From positions 160,001-224,000 of the forward strand of contig CAWFQL010000017.1 in NCBI GenBank assembly GCA_963817915.1: a stretch of 64,000 nt of DNA, read 5' to 3'. The translations under genes were made by a program, and so were the position numbers. Of the stretch, positions 23,470 through 34,200 are shown one piece after another. Under the pieces are notes generated by a model. It searched no databases. It saw only the letters and a list, made by a program, of their open reading frames with translations, and was not told where the DNA came from. Positions within the stretch are counted from its first letter, which is position 1. Every line of letters starts with the position of its first letter. Source of the DNA: an uncultured candidate division Zixibacteria bacterium. Lineage in GTDB: Bacteria; Zixibacteria; MSB-5A5; UBA10806.

Positions 23470-24668
23470 CCAGACTGAATTCACAGACAGTCCTAAAAAA
23501 TATATTAAAAGATTATTTTAAAGGATTAACATTTCCGTTGGCATGGTGCACCAGCGCCGGCCCGGCAGAAATATTGCGCGCGCTTGGATTTAATGTCTAT
23601 TTTCCGGAAAATCATGGCGCGATGTTAGGTGCGTCACGTGTCGCCGGTAACTATATTCCGCAGGCTCATCAAGCTGGATACGGTGATGAAATCTGCTCGT
23701 ATCTGACATCGGATATCGGCGCTTACCTAATGGATGAGACCCCGTTGACCGCGGCCTATGGATTGAAATCGATTCCGAAACCTGACCTAATTGTATTCAA
23801 TACCAATCAATGCCGCGAGGTTGCTGAATGGTTCGGGTATTTTGGGCGCGAATATAATTGTCCGACGGTGGGCATTTTTCCGCCGCGTCATATCAAGGAT
23901 GTCACCAAGGCTGATATTGATAATGTCTCTTTCCAATTTGAAAATCTCATAAGAACTGGCGAAAAAATTATCGGGAGGCCGCTAGACCGGCACCGACTTG
24001 AAGATGCAGTCACATTAAGCAAGAAGGCCACTGATCTTTGGAGACAGGTCCTGGAGACTGCCAGAAAATCCCCCGCGCCTCTCACCTTCTGGGACGGCAC
24101 AATTCTGATGGCTCCAATTGTCATGATGCGCGGTACTCAGACCTGTGTCGATTTTTACGAGGAGACATTAGCCGAGCTGCAATTACTGGCCCGCGGGCAT
24201 GACGCCGCGGTTCCCGGCGAGCAAGTGCGTATTTACTGGGAAGGCATGCCTATCTGGGGACGGCTTCGCGCGCTCTCGGAATTGTTCGCGGAAAACCAGG
24301 CCGCGGTCGTGGCATCGACTTATTGTAATAGTTGGATTTTCGATCAATTCGATCCCAGCAACCTGATCAGGTCAATGGCGGACGCATATACTCAGATATT
24401 TATCAATCGCAGCGAAGATGCCAAGGTCAAAATACTCCAACAGCTTTTCGATGATTACAAAATCGACGGTATTATTTATCATGATTCCAAGACATGCTTC
24501 AATAATTCCAATTGCAGATTCGACCTGCCAAAGAGATTACAGTCAATGACTAATGTGCCATCGTTGACATTGGATGGCGACCTCAATGATCTTCGATTCT
24601 TCTCTGATGGTCAGGCGCGAACCAAGATTGAAACATTTATCGAGCAATTAAAAATATCAAAGCATTAA
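23466..24668 (+). CDS. 2-hydroxyacyl-CoA dehydratase family Fe-S subunit (HgdA/FldB/BzdO-like)
   Basis: FPENHGA, ICSY, TNQC, SKTC, LDGDLND, TKIETFIE. Confidence 0.85.
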   Translation: MTRLNSQTVLKNILKDYFKGLTFPLAWCTSAGPAEILRALGFNVYFPENHGAMLGASRVAGNYIPQAHQAGYGDEICSYLTSDIGAYLMDETPLTAAYGLKSIPKPDLIVFNTNQCREVAEWFGYFGREYNCPTVGIFPPRHIKDVTKADIDNVSFQFENLIRTGEKIIGRPLDRHRLEDAVTLSKKATDLWRQVLETARKSPAPLTFWDGTILMAPIVMMRGTQTCVDFYEETLAELQLLARGHDAAVPGEQVRIYWEGMPIWGRLRALSELFAENQAAVVASTYCNSWIFDQFDPSNLIRSMADAYTQIFINRSEDAKVKILQQLFDDYKIDGIIYHDSKTCFNNSNCRFDLPKRLQSMTNVPSLTLDGDLNDLRFFSDGQARTKIETFIEQLKISKH

Positions 24669-24690
24669 TGCTATAACAAAAGAGCAAAAA

Positions 24691-25659
24691 ATGAATGAAA
24701 ACAATCACTCAATGCGCGTGGGAATAATAGGCACCGGTCCGGTGGGATCGATTCTAACTGCCCACCTGAAGGATGCCGGCGCCCATGTAGTGCCCTGTGA
24801 TATGTTCTCGCATAAAATCGATGCGATAAAGAAAAAGGGAATCCGATTAACTAATACAATCGATAAAAAAGTGGCTATCAAGGACGCCTGCTATACTATT
24901 CAAGAATTGAACGCCTACGATCTTGATTTGATTATAATCGCTGTTAAAACGCCAGATCTCAAAAAGGTAGTCAAACAGATCAAGGATATCGATAACGGCA
25001 AATTCTATGTGATGTGCGCACAAAACGGTATCGATAATGAACAGGAGATCGGACGGGAATTCACCGACCACCGCACATTGCGCATGGTTATCAATTTCGC
25101 CGGTAACATGGTTGATGATAATACAGTTCATGTAAGCTTTTTCAACCCGCCTAACTACGTCGCATCGTTGGCCGATGGCGCCAATGAGATGGCGCAAAAA
25201 TTCGCGGATACGCTAAATACTGTCGGTCTGGAGACTGAGATTCCAGTTGATATCCAGGATTATGTATGGGGTAAGGCCATCTTAAACGCCGCACTCAGCG
25301 CCGTCTGCGCGATCACCAAAAGGACCATGAAAGAGGTTATGGACTACCCGCAGACATTCGAGCTGGTGGAAGGCATTATCGATGAATCCGTGCATGTCGC
25401 CGAAAAAGAAAGAATCGAATTGGGCAATAAGTTCAGACGATTCAGTATTCGTTACCTCAAAAATGCCGGTCATCACCGGCCATCAATGCTGGTAGACCTC
25501 GAAAATGGCGACCCTACCGAAATTGACCAACTCAACGGTAAAATAGTTCAATACGGAAGAAAACATTGTCTTCCTACTCCCTTGAATCAATCGGTCACGG
25601 CCCTGGTTCACCTTCTCGAAGAAGGGGCCAAGAAAGATAAAGAGAACGGGAACAAATGA
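24691..25659 (+). CDS. Ketopantoate reductase (PanE/ApbA)-family 2-oxoacid reductase
   Basis: GTGPVG, AVKT, QNGI, WGKAILN, SMLVDL..G.PTEID.LNG. Confidence 0.85.
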   Translation: MNENNHSMRVGIIGTGPVGSILTAHLKDAGAHVVPCDMFSHKIDAIKKKGIRLTNTIDKKVAIKDACYTIQELNAYDLDLIIIAVKTPDLKKVVKQIKDIDNGKFYVMCAQNGIDNEQEIGREFTDHRTLRMVINFAGNMVDDNTVHVSFFNPPNYVASLADGANEMAQKFADTLNTVGLETEIPVDIQDYVWGKAILNAALSAVCAITKRTMKEVMDYPQTFELVEGIIDESVHVAEKERIELGNKFRRFSIRYLKNAGHHRPSMLVDLENGDPTEIDQLNGKIVQYGRKHCLPTPLNQSVTALVHLLEEGAKKDKENGNK

Positions 25660-26442
25660 TTTCTCATTTTCTCGGCATAGATATCGGATCATCCTACACT
25701 AAATTTGTGGTCATCGACGATAATCTTGGTATAGTCCATTCTAATGTCATTCCTACACTCAGCCGGCATCTCGAGAATTATGAAAAGGCCATTTCGGCCA
25801 TACGATATGAATTTAATATCAAACGAACTTGCAGCACCGGCTACGGCCGCAAGAACGCCAAATCTGATTTGCAAAAAACAGAGCTAATTTGCGCTGCTGC
25901 CGGGGTCTCAGTATTGCATCCAATAAATAAAAGCATTCTCGATATCGGCGGGGAAGATATTAAAATCATTGAATCGGACGCCGCGGGCAATGTCGTCAAT
26001 TTCCACATGAATGATAAATGCTCAGCCGGTACCGGTTCATTTATAGCGGAGATAGCCGAGACAGGCGGAACTTGATTTAGCCGAGATGAGCGAATTATCA
26101 AAAAAAGCACATTCGGATAAAACCATCAATAGCTTTTGCACCGTATTCGCGAAGAGCGAAATATTGGGATGGAAATTCAGCGGCGTACCGATAGAAGATA
26201 TTGCCAGAGGCATTTATTTGTCGGTAATCGATAGAGTGCGCAAAATGCCGTTCAAAAAGAATCTTCCGCTATTTTTATGTGGCGGTGTCATAGCCTATCA
26301 TCCGCATCTCGCTGATTTGCTGAAGGAACGGATACAATTGGAAATTAATGTAGTTGAAAAGCCGCAATACGCTGTAGCGCTGGGAGCCGCGGCCCTGGCT
26401 CGAAAAGAATATGTTAATCAACTTGCGCCGACAACCCATTAG
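25656..26442 (+). CDS. 2-hydroxyacyl-CoA dehydratase activator (HgdC/FldI-type ATPase), split by +1 frameshift near 26062
   Basis: GIDIGSSYTK, TGYGR, DIGGED, MNDKCSAGTG, SFCTVFAKSE, ALGAA. Confidence 0.85.
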
Positions 26443-26513
26443 TTTATATTCATGCGTGTCGATAATTTGCTCTATTCGGAAAATACTCATTGTTCGGGAG
26501 GAAAAGGGTTAAG

Positions 26514-27566
26514 ATGAAAATTACAGCATACCAGATGGTCGCCAAAGATGCCCCATTTGAGCTTACCGAAATGCAAATTCCAAATGATCTCGATGGTAAT
26601 GCCGTAGTCGAGGTCGCCGGATGCGGAGTATGCCATACCGATATCAGCTTCTGGCATTACGGAGTGCCAACCCGCCATCCGATGCCATTGGTATTAGGCC
26701 ATGAAATCGCGGGCACAGTGATAGAAGGCCCCGCTAACCTTAAGGGTAAATCTGTCATAGTCCCGGCTGTTCTTCCATGCGGACAATGCGATCTTTGCAA
26801 GCGAGATCGAGGCAATATTTGCCAGAGCCAGAAAATGCCGGGTAATGATTTCCACGGCGGTTTTGCCAGCCATGCAATTGTGCCCCCGCAATATCTTGTG
26901 CCTGTTCCAAAAGCGGCCCTGGCCGAGCATTCTTTGGCGGAATTATCTGTAATCGCCGATGCTGTCTCCACTCCTTATCAGGTGGTTGTCAAAAGCGATC
27001 TTAAGCCTGGAGATCTGGCAATTGTAATTGGTGTCGGCGGGATAGGTATCTATGCTGCCCAATTAGCCAAAATCAAAGGCGGCAAAGTTATCGCATTAGA
27101 TATTGCCCAGGAAAAGCTCGATCAACTTAAAGCTATAGGCATTGAGAACACGATCAATATCAAAGGACTTGATATCAAGGCTATCAAAGATCAAGTAAAA
27201 AAATTATGCAAAGAATTAGGCGCGCCGAACCATAGCTGGAAGATCTATGAAACATCAGGGACGAAAGCGGGCCAGGATCTGGCATTCGCCTTGCTCGGCA
27301 TCGCTAGCACTCTTTCGATTGTCGGGTTCACTCTCGATAAATTGGAATTGCGCTTGAGCAACCTTATGGCATTCGATGCCAATATCATCGGCACCTGGGG
27401 CTGTAAACCGGAGCTGTATCCTGATGTCATAAATCTGGTCGCCGAAAAGAAACTGGCGATAAAACCATTTACAGAGACTCGTCCGATGTCTCAGATCAAC
27501 GATGTATTTCAGGAGACATTGCAGCACAAATTGCTCAAACGTTCGGTATTGACTCCGGATTTTTAG
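26514..27566 (+). CDS. had: 6-hydroxycyclohex-1-ene-1-carbonyl-CoA dehydrogenase
   Basis: Zn-dependent MDR: GCGVCHTD, GHE, KMPGNDFHGGFASH, RLSNLMAFDA...WGC; bcr context. Confidence 0.9.
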   Translation: MKITAYQMVAKDAPFELTEMQIPNDLDGNAVVEVAGCGVCHTDISFWHYGVPTRHPMPLVLGHEIAGTVIEGPANLKGKSVIVPAVLPCGQCDLCKRDRGNICQSQKMPGNDFHGGFASHAIVPPQYLVPVPKAALAEHSLAELSVIADAVSTPYQVVVKSDLKPGDLAIVIGVGGIGIYAAQLAKIKGGKVIALDIAQEKLDQLKAIGIENTINIKGLDIKAIKDQVKKLCKELGAPNHSWKIYETSGTKAGQDLAFALLGIASTLSIVGFTLDKLELRLSNLMAFDANIIGTWGCKPELYPDVINLVAEKKLAIKPFTETRPMSQINDVFQETLQHKLLKRSVLTPDF

Positions 27567-27636
27567 GCAGAGTCAGGTATATGAATTATGATAATAATGA
27601 ATACCATGAAATAAATTGGATGCGAGGGATTAGAAA

Positions 27637-28722
27637 ATGAGCAATAATCTTCAAAGTCATAATATTGTCGATCTTGATTTCAAGGAAATCTTATATGAAT
27701 TGCGGCCATGTCTCGACAAAAACGGCAAAGCGGTCGATGGTCTCTTCAATGCCTGGATTTTTCTGAATAATCCCACTCAATATAATTCATACACGACAGC
27801 CGCAGTCAAAGAGATCATTCTCGCCATACGCCAGGCATCCAATGAACGGTCTGTTGTAGCAGTAGTTTTTACGGGTGTTGGCGATAAAGCATTCTGCACG
27901 GGCGGCAATACCAAAGAATACGCCGAATATTATTCAGGTCGTCCGCTTGAATACAAGCAATATATGCGTCTCTTCAACGATATGATCACATCGATTTTGA
28001 TGTGCGACAAGCCAGTCATCTGTCGTGTTAACGGTATGCGAATCGCTGGCGGCCAGGAAATCGGCATGGCCTGCGATCTCACGGTATCCAGCGATATGGC
28101 GATCTTCGGCCAGGCTGGCCCGAAGCATGGTAGCGCTCCCGATGGCGGAAGCACTGATTTTCTGCACCTGTATGTCGGAGTCGAACGAGCCATTCAGAGT
28201 TGCACATTGTGTGAGATGTGGAGCGCTTATGAGGCCAAACAATTGGGATTGATCACCGATGCCATACCTGTCCTAAAGGTCGACGGTAAATATGTTAGAA
28301 ATCCTTTGGTCGTAACCGATCGATGGCTCGATGAATCGGGAGATATTGTCTATGGCCGCAGAAAGAACGGCGAACAACTTAAGGCTGGCAAAGACCTGAT
28401 GGCGAAAGGCACAATCGACCTGAAACCTCTTGATGATGCCGTGAACGTGTTGACGACTAAATTGCTATACACCATGCCCGATTGTATCAGCAAAACCTTG
28501 AATAGCATGAGAAAGAAAAAATTAGAGCATTGGGATAGAAACCAGCAATCAAACCGCGACTGGCTGGCGTTGAATATGATGACAGAAGCCAAGGCCGGCT
28601 TCCGCGCGTTCAATGAAGGCCCCAAGGACAATCGTGAAATCGATTTTGTCAAACTTCGCCTGATGCTTGCGCAGGGACATCCCTGGGATGATGAATTACT
28701 CAATGCAATATTGCCGAGGTAA
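27637..28722 (+). CDS. oah: 6-oxocyclohex-1-ene-1-carbonyl-CoA hydrolase
   Basis: QYNSYTT, FCTGGNTKEYAEYY, GQAGPKHGSAPDGGSTDFL, WLALNMMTEA. Confidence 0.95.
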   Translation: MSNNLQSHNIVDLDFKEILYELRPCLDKNGKAVDGLFNAWIFLNNPTQYNSYTTAAVKEIILAIRQASNERSVVAVVFTGVGDKAFCTGGNTKEYAEYYSGRPLEYKQYMRLFNDMITSILMCDKPVICRVNGMRIAGGQEIGMACDLTVSSDMAIFGQAGPKHGSAPDGGSTDFLHLYVGVERAIQSCTLCEMWSAYEAKQLGLITDAIPVLKVDGKYVRNPLVVTDRWLDESGDIVYGRRKNGEQLKAGKDLMAKGTIDLKPLDDAVNVLTTKLLYTMPDCISKTLNSMRKKKLEHWDRNQQSNRDWLALNMMTEAKAGFRAFNEGPKDNREIDFVKLRLMLAQGHPWDDELLNAILPR

Positions 28723-28727
28723 TATAG

Positions 28728-29504
28728 ATGCCTGAAAAAATCCTTAAAGAATATTCGCACGATCGTCAGGTTATACGCTTAACTTTGGTTGCTCCCAAAG
28801 CGAATGTTCTCGATTTCGCCATGATGGGTGAATTGCAGGCCGAATTTGAATTGCTCAAGAAAGAATCAAATATAAAGCTGCTTATCTTCACAGGTGCGGG
28901 AGATAATTTCAGTTTTGGCGCGAGCGTTCAGGAACATACAAAAGAGCAGGCTCCGCAGATGCTCAAGCAATTTCACGGGCTGTTCTACTCCCTAATCGAT
29001 CTGGCAATTCCCACCGCTGCGATCGTTTCGGGCCAATGTCTTGGAGGGGGCCTGGAATTGGCATTGATGTGTAATTTTCTATTTGTCGATAGCACGGCCA
29101 GGTTGGGCCAGCCGGAGATTTCACTTGGCGTTTTCCCGCCGCCCGCTTCGGTAATGCTTCCGTTGAAGATCGGCCAGGCTTTGGCTGACGATCTTCTTAT
29201 TACCGGACGAAGCATAAAGCCGGATGAAGCCATTGCCATGGGACTTTGTACTAAGGCATATGATACGCGTGAAATTATGGAAAAAGAAATCGACTCTTGG
29301 ATACAAAAAAATATTCTGCCCAAGAGCGCGTCGTCGTTGAGGTTCGGCGTCAGGGCCGCCAGAAGTATTTTCAATGATCAATTGAAAAAGCGATTGAAGA
29401 TGCTTGAGGAAATTTATGTATCTCAACTTATGGCTACACATGACGCCAACGAGGGGATTGTATCGTTCCTCGAACGCCGCCCTCCAAAATGGGATAATCG
29501 ATGA
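28728..29504 (+). CDS. dch: Cyclohexa-1,5-diene-1-carbonyl-CoA hydratase
   Basis: PKANVLD, FSFGASVQEH, GQCLGGGLE, GQPEISLGVF. Confidence 0.9.
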   Translation: MPEKILKEYSHDRQVIRLTLVAPKANVLDFAMMGELQAEFELLKKESNIKLLIFTGAGDNFSFGASVQEHTKEQAPQMLKQFHGLFYSLIDLAIPTAAIVSGQCLGGGLELALMCNFLFVDSTARLGQPEISLGVFPPPASVMLPLKIGQALADDLLITGRSIKPDEAIAMGLCTKAYDTREIMEKEIDSWIQKNILPKSASSLRFGVRAARSIFNDQLKKRLKMLEEIYVSQLMATHDANEGIVSFLERRPPKWDNR

Positions 29505-30250
29505 GCGATAACATGAGATTTAAAGGTAAATCGGTTATTGTCACCGGCGGCTTGCAGGGGATAGGCAGAGCCATCACGGAAAAATTCGCATCTGAAGGCG
29601 CGAGTGTCTCGGTGCTTGACATTAATGCTGGCAAAGACGCCTTTCCAAATTCAAATGGGAATATCTTCTCATTTAAGGGCAATGTTTCCAGTAAAGACGA
29701 CGTCAACCAGTTCGTCGATGATGTAGTCAAACGCACGGGGCGTATCGATATCCTGATCAACAATGCTGGCATAATCCGCGATAATGTGATCTGGAAAATG
29801 TCCGAGGATGATTTCGATTCTGTCATTAAGATTAATCTTAAAGGTCCCTGGCTATTATCAAAGCATGTAGCCCCAGTTATGAAGAATCAGCAATACGGCC
29901 GTATAATCAATATAATTTCACGCGCCTGGCTTGGCAATGTCGGACAATCGAATTATTCATCATCGAAAGGCGGCCTGGTAAGCCTGACCCGTGTGCTGGC
30001 ATTGGAGTTGGCTCGTCACAATGTCACTGTCAATGGTGTCGCGCCGGGGCTGATTGACACCCCGATGACACAAAATTTGCCTGAAGAAGCTCTTAATAAG
30101 CTAATATCGATGCAGCCCGGCAAACGAGTCGGCAAGCCAGACGATATCGCGGCGGCAGTTACTTTCTTGGCGTCTGACGACGCCGGTTTTATTACCGGTC
30201 AAATTCTACATGTCGATGGAGGCCGAAGTATCGGCTCTGGTGTATTTTAA
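29501..30250 (+). CDS. Short-chain dehydrogenase/reductase (FabG/BadH-like)
   Basis: TGGLQGIG, NNAG, YSSSK, VDGG. Confidence 0.88.
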   Translation: MSDNMRFKGKSVIVTGGLQGIGRAITEKFASEGASVSVLDINAGKDAFPNSNGNIFSFKGNVSSKDDVNQFVDDVVKRTGRIDILINNAGIIRDNVIWKMSEDDFDSVIKINLKGPWLLSKHVAPVMKNQQYGRIINIISRAWLGNVGQSNYSSSKGGLVSLTRVLALELARHNVTVNGVAPGLIDTPMTQNLPEEALNKLISMQPGKRVGKPDDIAAAVTFLASDDAGFITGQILHVDGGRSIGSGVF

Positions 30251-30275
30251 AAACTTTAGTGGTAATTAATATTTT

Positions 30276-31424
30276 ATGAATCAGGTTTATATTATCGATG
30301 GTTGCCGTTCTCCCATAGGCAAGGGCAATCCCGAAAAAGGGATGTACAGGGATCTACGTGCCGATGAATTGGCCGCTCAGGTACTCAATACTCTTCTCGC
30401 GCGCCTTCAGCTCAATCCCTCATTAATCGATGATTTCTATCTTGGCTGTGTCGGTCAACATCTGGAGCAGGGAAGGAATCTCGCAAGGCAAGTGGTTTTG
30501 CTTTCAAACCTGCCCGAATCAATCCCCGGTGTCACAATCAATCGCCTGTGTGCGTCGAGCCTGACTGCCCTCCAAATGGCCTCAGACAGTATCAAATCCG
30601 AAACCAACAGATTGCTTTTAGTTGGCGGAGTCGAGCACATGGGGCATGTCCCGATGACCGCGGCATTGAATTATAATCCCAAGTTATTCGAAAAGAGTGA
30701 ATTCCAATGGACCAATATGGGGTTGACCGCGGAAAAACTCGCTGATGTATACAAAATATCCCGTCATGAACAAGATGAATTCGCGATCGACAGTAATGAA
30801 AAATATTTTAAGGCGCGCGACAATAATAATTTCAAGGATTTGATCGTGCCAATAAATCTGAAAGATGGTCAGATTATCTCGAACGATGAAGAGCCTCGAA
30901 TCTCAACTATGGAAAAATTATCGTCGTTGAAAACTCCCTTTAAAGATGGCGGCTCGGTTACTGCCGCTACCAGCTCCGGTATCTCCGATGGCGCCTGTAT
31001 GGCGGCAGTCTGCAATGACAATATGCTCAAAGAATTTAGTTTTAGACCTCTTGCCAAAATTGCCCATACTTTCAATGTCGGACTCGATCCAACTATGATG
31101 GGACTCGGGCCTGTCTATGCTATAAATAAGCTTTTGTATAAAACTGGATTATCTTTAAATGATATCGAACTTTTCGAAATCAACGAGGCTTTTGCGGTTC
31201 AAATGCTGGCCTGCCAGCGGGAATTACACATTCCCAGTGAAAGACTCAATATCTATGGCGGCGCTGTCGCGCTGGGGCATCCGCTTGGCATGTCGGGTTT
31301 GAGAATCGCGATCACATTGGCTCACGCTATGAAGCAAAAAAATGCTCATCGCGGGATTGCCTCGATGTGTGTCGGACATGGCCAGGGAGTCGCAATGCTT
31401 TTAGAACGGGATTATCAAAAATAG
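30276..31424 (+). CDS. Thiolase (acetyl-CoA C-acyltransferase)
   Basis: NRLCASS, NEAF, GHPLG, CVGHG. Confidence 0.92.
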   Translation: MNQVYIIDGCRSPIGKGNPEKGMYRDLRADELAAQVLNTLLARLQLNPSLIDDFYLGCVGQHLEQGRNLARQVVLLSNLPESIPGVTINRLCASSLTALQMASDSIKSETNRLLLVGGVEHMGHVPMTAALNYNPKLFEKSEFQWTNMGLTAEKLADVYKISRHEQDEFAIDSNEKYFKARDNNNFKDLIVPINLKDGQIISNDEEPRISTMEKLSSLKTPFKDGGSVTAATSSGISDGACMAAVCNDNMLKEFSFRPLAKIAHTFNVGLDPTMMGLGPVYAINKLLYKTGLSLNDIELFEINEAFAVQMLACQRELHIPSERLNIYGGAVALGHPLGMSGLRIAITLAHAMKQKNAHRGIASMCVGHGQGVAMLLERDYQK

Positions 31425-31426
31425 TC

Positions 31427-31894
31427 ATGGTACAGATAAAATTAACGGTCAATGGATTCTCTCGCGAGGTATTGGTGCAGCCGCATGAAACCCTTCTTTA
31501 TACCTTGAGAGAACGATTAAATCTGACCGGCACTAAAAAGGGATGCGATCAGGCGTCATGCGGCAGTTGTACGGTTATTGTAGAAGGCAAACCAGTATTG
31601 AGCTGCATAACCCCGGTCGTGAGATGCGACGGCAAAAAAATCCTCACAATTGAGGGAGTCGCCGAGAATGGTCAGCTTCATCCGGTGCAGAAATACCTAG
31701 TTGAAAAAGGTGCTATCCAATGCGGCTACTGCACTCCGGGGATTGTAATGACCGCAGTCGCCTTTCTCGAAAAGAATCCTGATCCCACAATAGAACAAAT
31801 CCGCGAAGCGTTATCCGGTAATCTTTGCAGATGCACAGGCTATACGAAAATTGTCGAAGCAGTACAATCGGCGGCGGAGGAATTAAAGGCATGA
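31427..31894 (+). CDS. hcrC: 4-hydroxybenzoyl-CoA reductase gamma subunit (2x[2Fe-2S])
   Basis: GCDQASCGSC, QCGYCTPG, GNLCRCTGY. Confidence 0.8.
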   Translation: MVQIKLTVNGFSREVLVQPHETLLYTLRERLNLTGTKKGCDQASCGSCTVIVEGKPVLSCITPVVRCDGKKILTIEGVAENGQLHPVQKYLVEKGAIQCGYCTPGIVMTAVAFLEKNPDPTIEQIREALSGNLCRCTGYTKIVEAVQSAAEELKA

Positions 31895-34200
31895 GCGGCA
31901 CAGTCGGCAAACCGATTCCATTTATCGATGCCTTAGAGAAGGTGACCGGCCGTGCCATGTTCACTGGCGATTTTAGCTTCCCCAATATGCTTTACGCGAA
32001 ATTTCTGCGCAGTCCCCACCCTCATGCTCGAATCAAGAATATTGATTTTTCCGAGGCGCTCAATTACCCCGGAGTCCGCGCAGTTACAATCGGGAAAGAC
32101 TTGCCTATACCGTTCGGGGTACTTCCGGTCAGCCATGATGAAACCGCCATGGCGGTAGATAAAGTCCGATTTATCGGCGAGATTGTTGCGGGGGTTGCCG
32201 CAGAGTCTGAGGAAGCCGCAAACGAAGCCATAAAATTGATCAAGGTTGAATATGAAGTATTGCGGCCATTCCTGACGCCGTCCGATTCACTCGAAGTGTG
32301 CGCACCCGATGAACAAATCCATCTTCATGCCAAGAATGGCACCAATATTCATAAAATGGCTCAACTCCATTTCGGAGAGCCTGAAAAAGAACTTGAATCG
32401 GCGCATTCGAAAATATCTGTTCATTGCAAATTTGCCGGAGTTACTCACGCGTTCACGGAGCCTCATGCCACAATCGCTACCTGGAATGCCAACGGAACAT
32501 TGACGGTGATCTCAGCCACGCAGGTTCCCCATTATCTTCATCGCGCTCTCTCGAATGTGCTCGGATTGCCGCTGCATTTGATTCAAGTCAAAAAGCCATT
32601 CTTGGGCGGCGGATTCGGAGGCAAATCCGATCCCTTCCCGCACGAGATTGTCACGGCCTATCTGGCTATGAAAACTAATCGACCTGTCAAATGTGTCTTC
32701 TCGCGCGAAGAAGTATTTCTCAATAATCATGGGCGGCATCCTACCGAACTCGATTTATCTGTTGGTTGTGATAAGGAAGGTAAAATTACAGCCATTAACG
32801 CTGATATTGTCATCGATGGCGGCGCGTTTGGAAGCTTTGGTGTTGTGACCACGTATTATAACGGTGTCCTGCTTCAAGGGCCATATCGAGTCAATAACTT
32901 CGGATTTCGGACACGCCGAGTTTATACCAATAAACCGCAATGCGGAGCTATGCGTGGCCATGGTGCCGTAAATCCTCGATATGCTATGGAAATCGCTCTT
33001 GATATAATAGCGCATGAGATCGGAATCGATCCTTGCGACCTGCGCGATAAAAATTTTCTGCCATCGGATACTTTGACGGTCGGTCAGCTTCGTATCACCA
33101 GCAATGGTATCCGCGATTGCCTCAAGGCTGTTCGCACCCGTTCGAATTGGGATGAGCGGCATGGCAAATTGCCTTATGGACACGGGCTTGGAGTTGGGTG
33201 CGGTTTTTACATCAGCGGCAGTGCCTTGCCTATTATATGGAATAAATATCCTCAAAGCGTGGTGCATGCCAAGCTCGATTTCGATGGTCGAATCGTCATC
33301 TTCAGCGGCGCCAGCGATATCGGCCAGGGAAGCGATACGATGCTGGCTCAGATTGCCGCTGATGTTTTCGGTATTCCCATGAGCAATGTCCAGGTCGTAG
33401 CGGCTGATACGAAGCTTTCGCCGGTTGATCTCGGCAGCTATTCCAGCAGAGTGACATTCATGGCCGGAAATGCCTGCAAAGCCGCATCCGAGAAAATGAG
33501 AAATGTTATCGCTGTTGCGGTCTCGAACGAGAAAGGAATTCCGGCCGATTCAATCATATTTAAAAACGCCGGACTATATACCGAAAAAGATGAATTGATA
33601 GTCTCATGGAATGAGGCTGTTGATCTGGCACTCGCCGGGCGGGGAGCCTTTGTCGAATCCGGATATTATTTCTCTCCGAAATTAGGCGGTGACTTCAAGG
33701 GCTCCGGCGCTGGACTTAGCCCGTCGTATAGCTTCGGCGCATTTGTAAGTGAAGTCGAAGTAAATCCCGAGTCCGGCAAAGTCCGAGTCATAAAAATCTG
33801 GGGCGCGCACGATTGCGGCAGAGCCTTAAATCCATTGTCGGTTGAAGGACAAATTCAGGGTTGCGCGCACATGGGATTGGGGCAGGTCATTTCGGAAGAG
33901 CTTATTTATCGCGACGGCCTTTTATTCAATGCCAATTTTGCAGATTACACAATCCCAATGGCAAACGATACTCCGCCAATGGATATTTCTATTATCGAAT
34001 CGATGGACAAAGAAGGGCCGTTTGGAGCCAAAGAAGCGGGGGAGGGACCGATTCATCCTGTACTGCCATCTATCGGCAATGCTATCTATGACGCGGTTGG
34101 AATCCGAATATTCGAATTGCCGATTACACCAGATAAAATTTTAGCAAAATTGAAAGAGAAAGAATCCGCCAATGTCGGAATCCCAATATATAAAGGCTAA
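31891..34200 (+). CDS. hcrA: 4-hydroxybenzoyl-CoA reductase alpha subunit (molybdopterin, xanthine oxidase family)
   Basis: TQVPHY, GGGFGGK, GAMRGHG, GSYSSRVTFM, GPFGAKEAGEG; bcr context. Confidence 0.82.
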   Translation: MSGTVGKPIPFIDALEKVTGRAMFTGDFSFPNMLYAKFLRSPHPHARIKNIDFSEALNYPGVRAVTIGKDLPIPFGVLPVSHDETAMAVDKVRFIGEIVAGVAAESEEAANEAIKLIKVEYEVLRPFLTPSDSLEVCAPDEQIHLHAKNGTNIHKMAQLHFGEPEKELESAHSKISVHCKFAGVTHAFTEPHATIATWNANGTLTVISATQVPHYLHRALSNVLGLPLHLIQVKKPFLGGGFGGKSDPFPHEIVTAYLAMKTNRPVKCVFSREEVFLNNHGRHPTELDLSVGCDKEGKITAINADIVIDGGAFGSFGVVTTYYNGVLLQGPYRVNNFGFRTRRVYTNKPQCGAMRGHGAVNPRYAMEIALDIIAHEIGIDPCDLRDKNFLPSDTLTVGQLRITSNGIRDCLKAVRTRSNWDERHGKLPYGHGLGVGCGFYISGSALPIIWNKYPQSVVHAKLDFDGRIVIFSGASDIGQGSDTMLAQIAADVFGIPMSNVQVVAADTKLSPVDLGSYSSRVTFMAGNACKAASEKMRNVIAVAVSNEKGIPADSIIFKNAGLYTEKDELIVSWNEAVDLALAGRGAFVESGYYFSPKLGGDFKGSGAGLSPSYSFGAFVSEVEVNPESGKVRVIKIWGAHDCGRALNPLSVEGQIQGCAHMGLGQVISEELIYRDGLLFNANFADYTIPMANDTPPMDISIIESMDKEGPFGAKEAGEGPIHPVLPSIGNAIYDAVGIRIFELPITPDKILAKLKEKESANVGIPIYKG

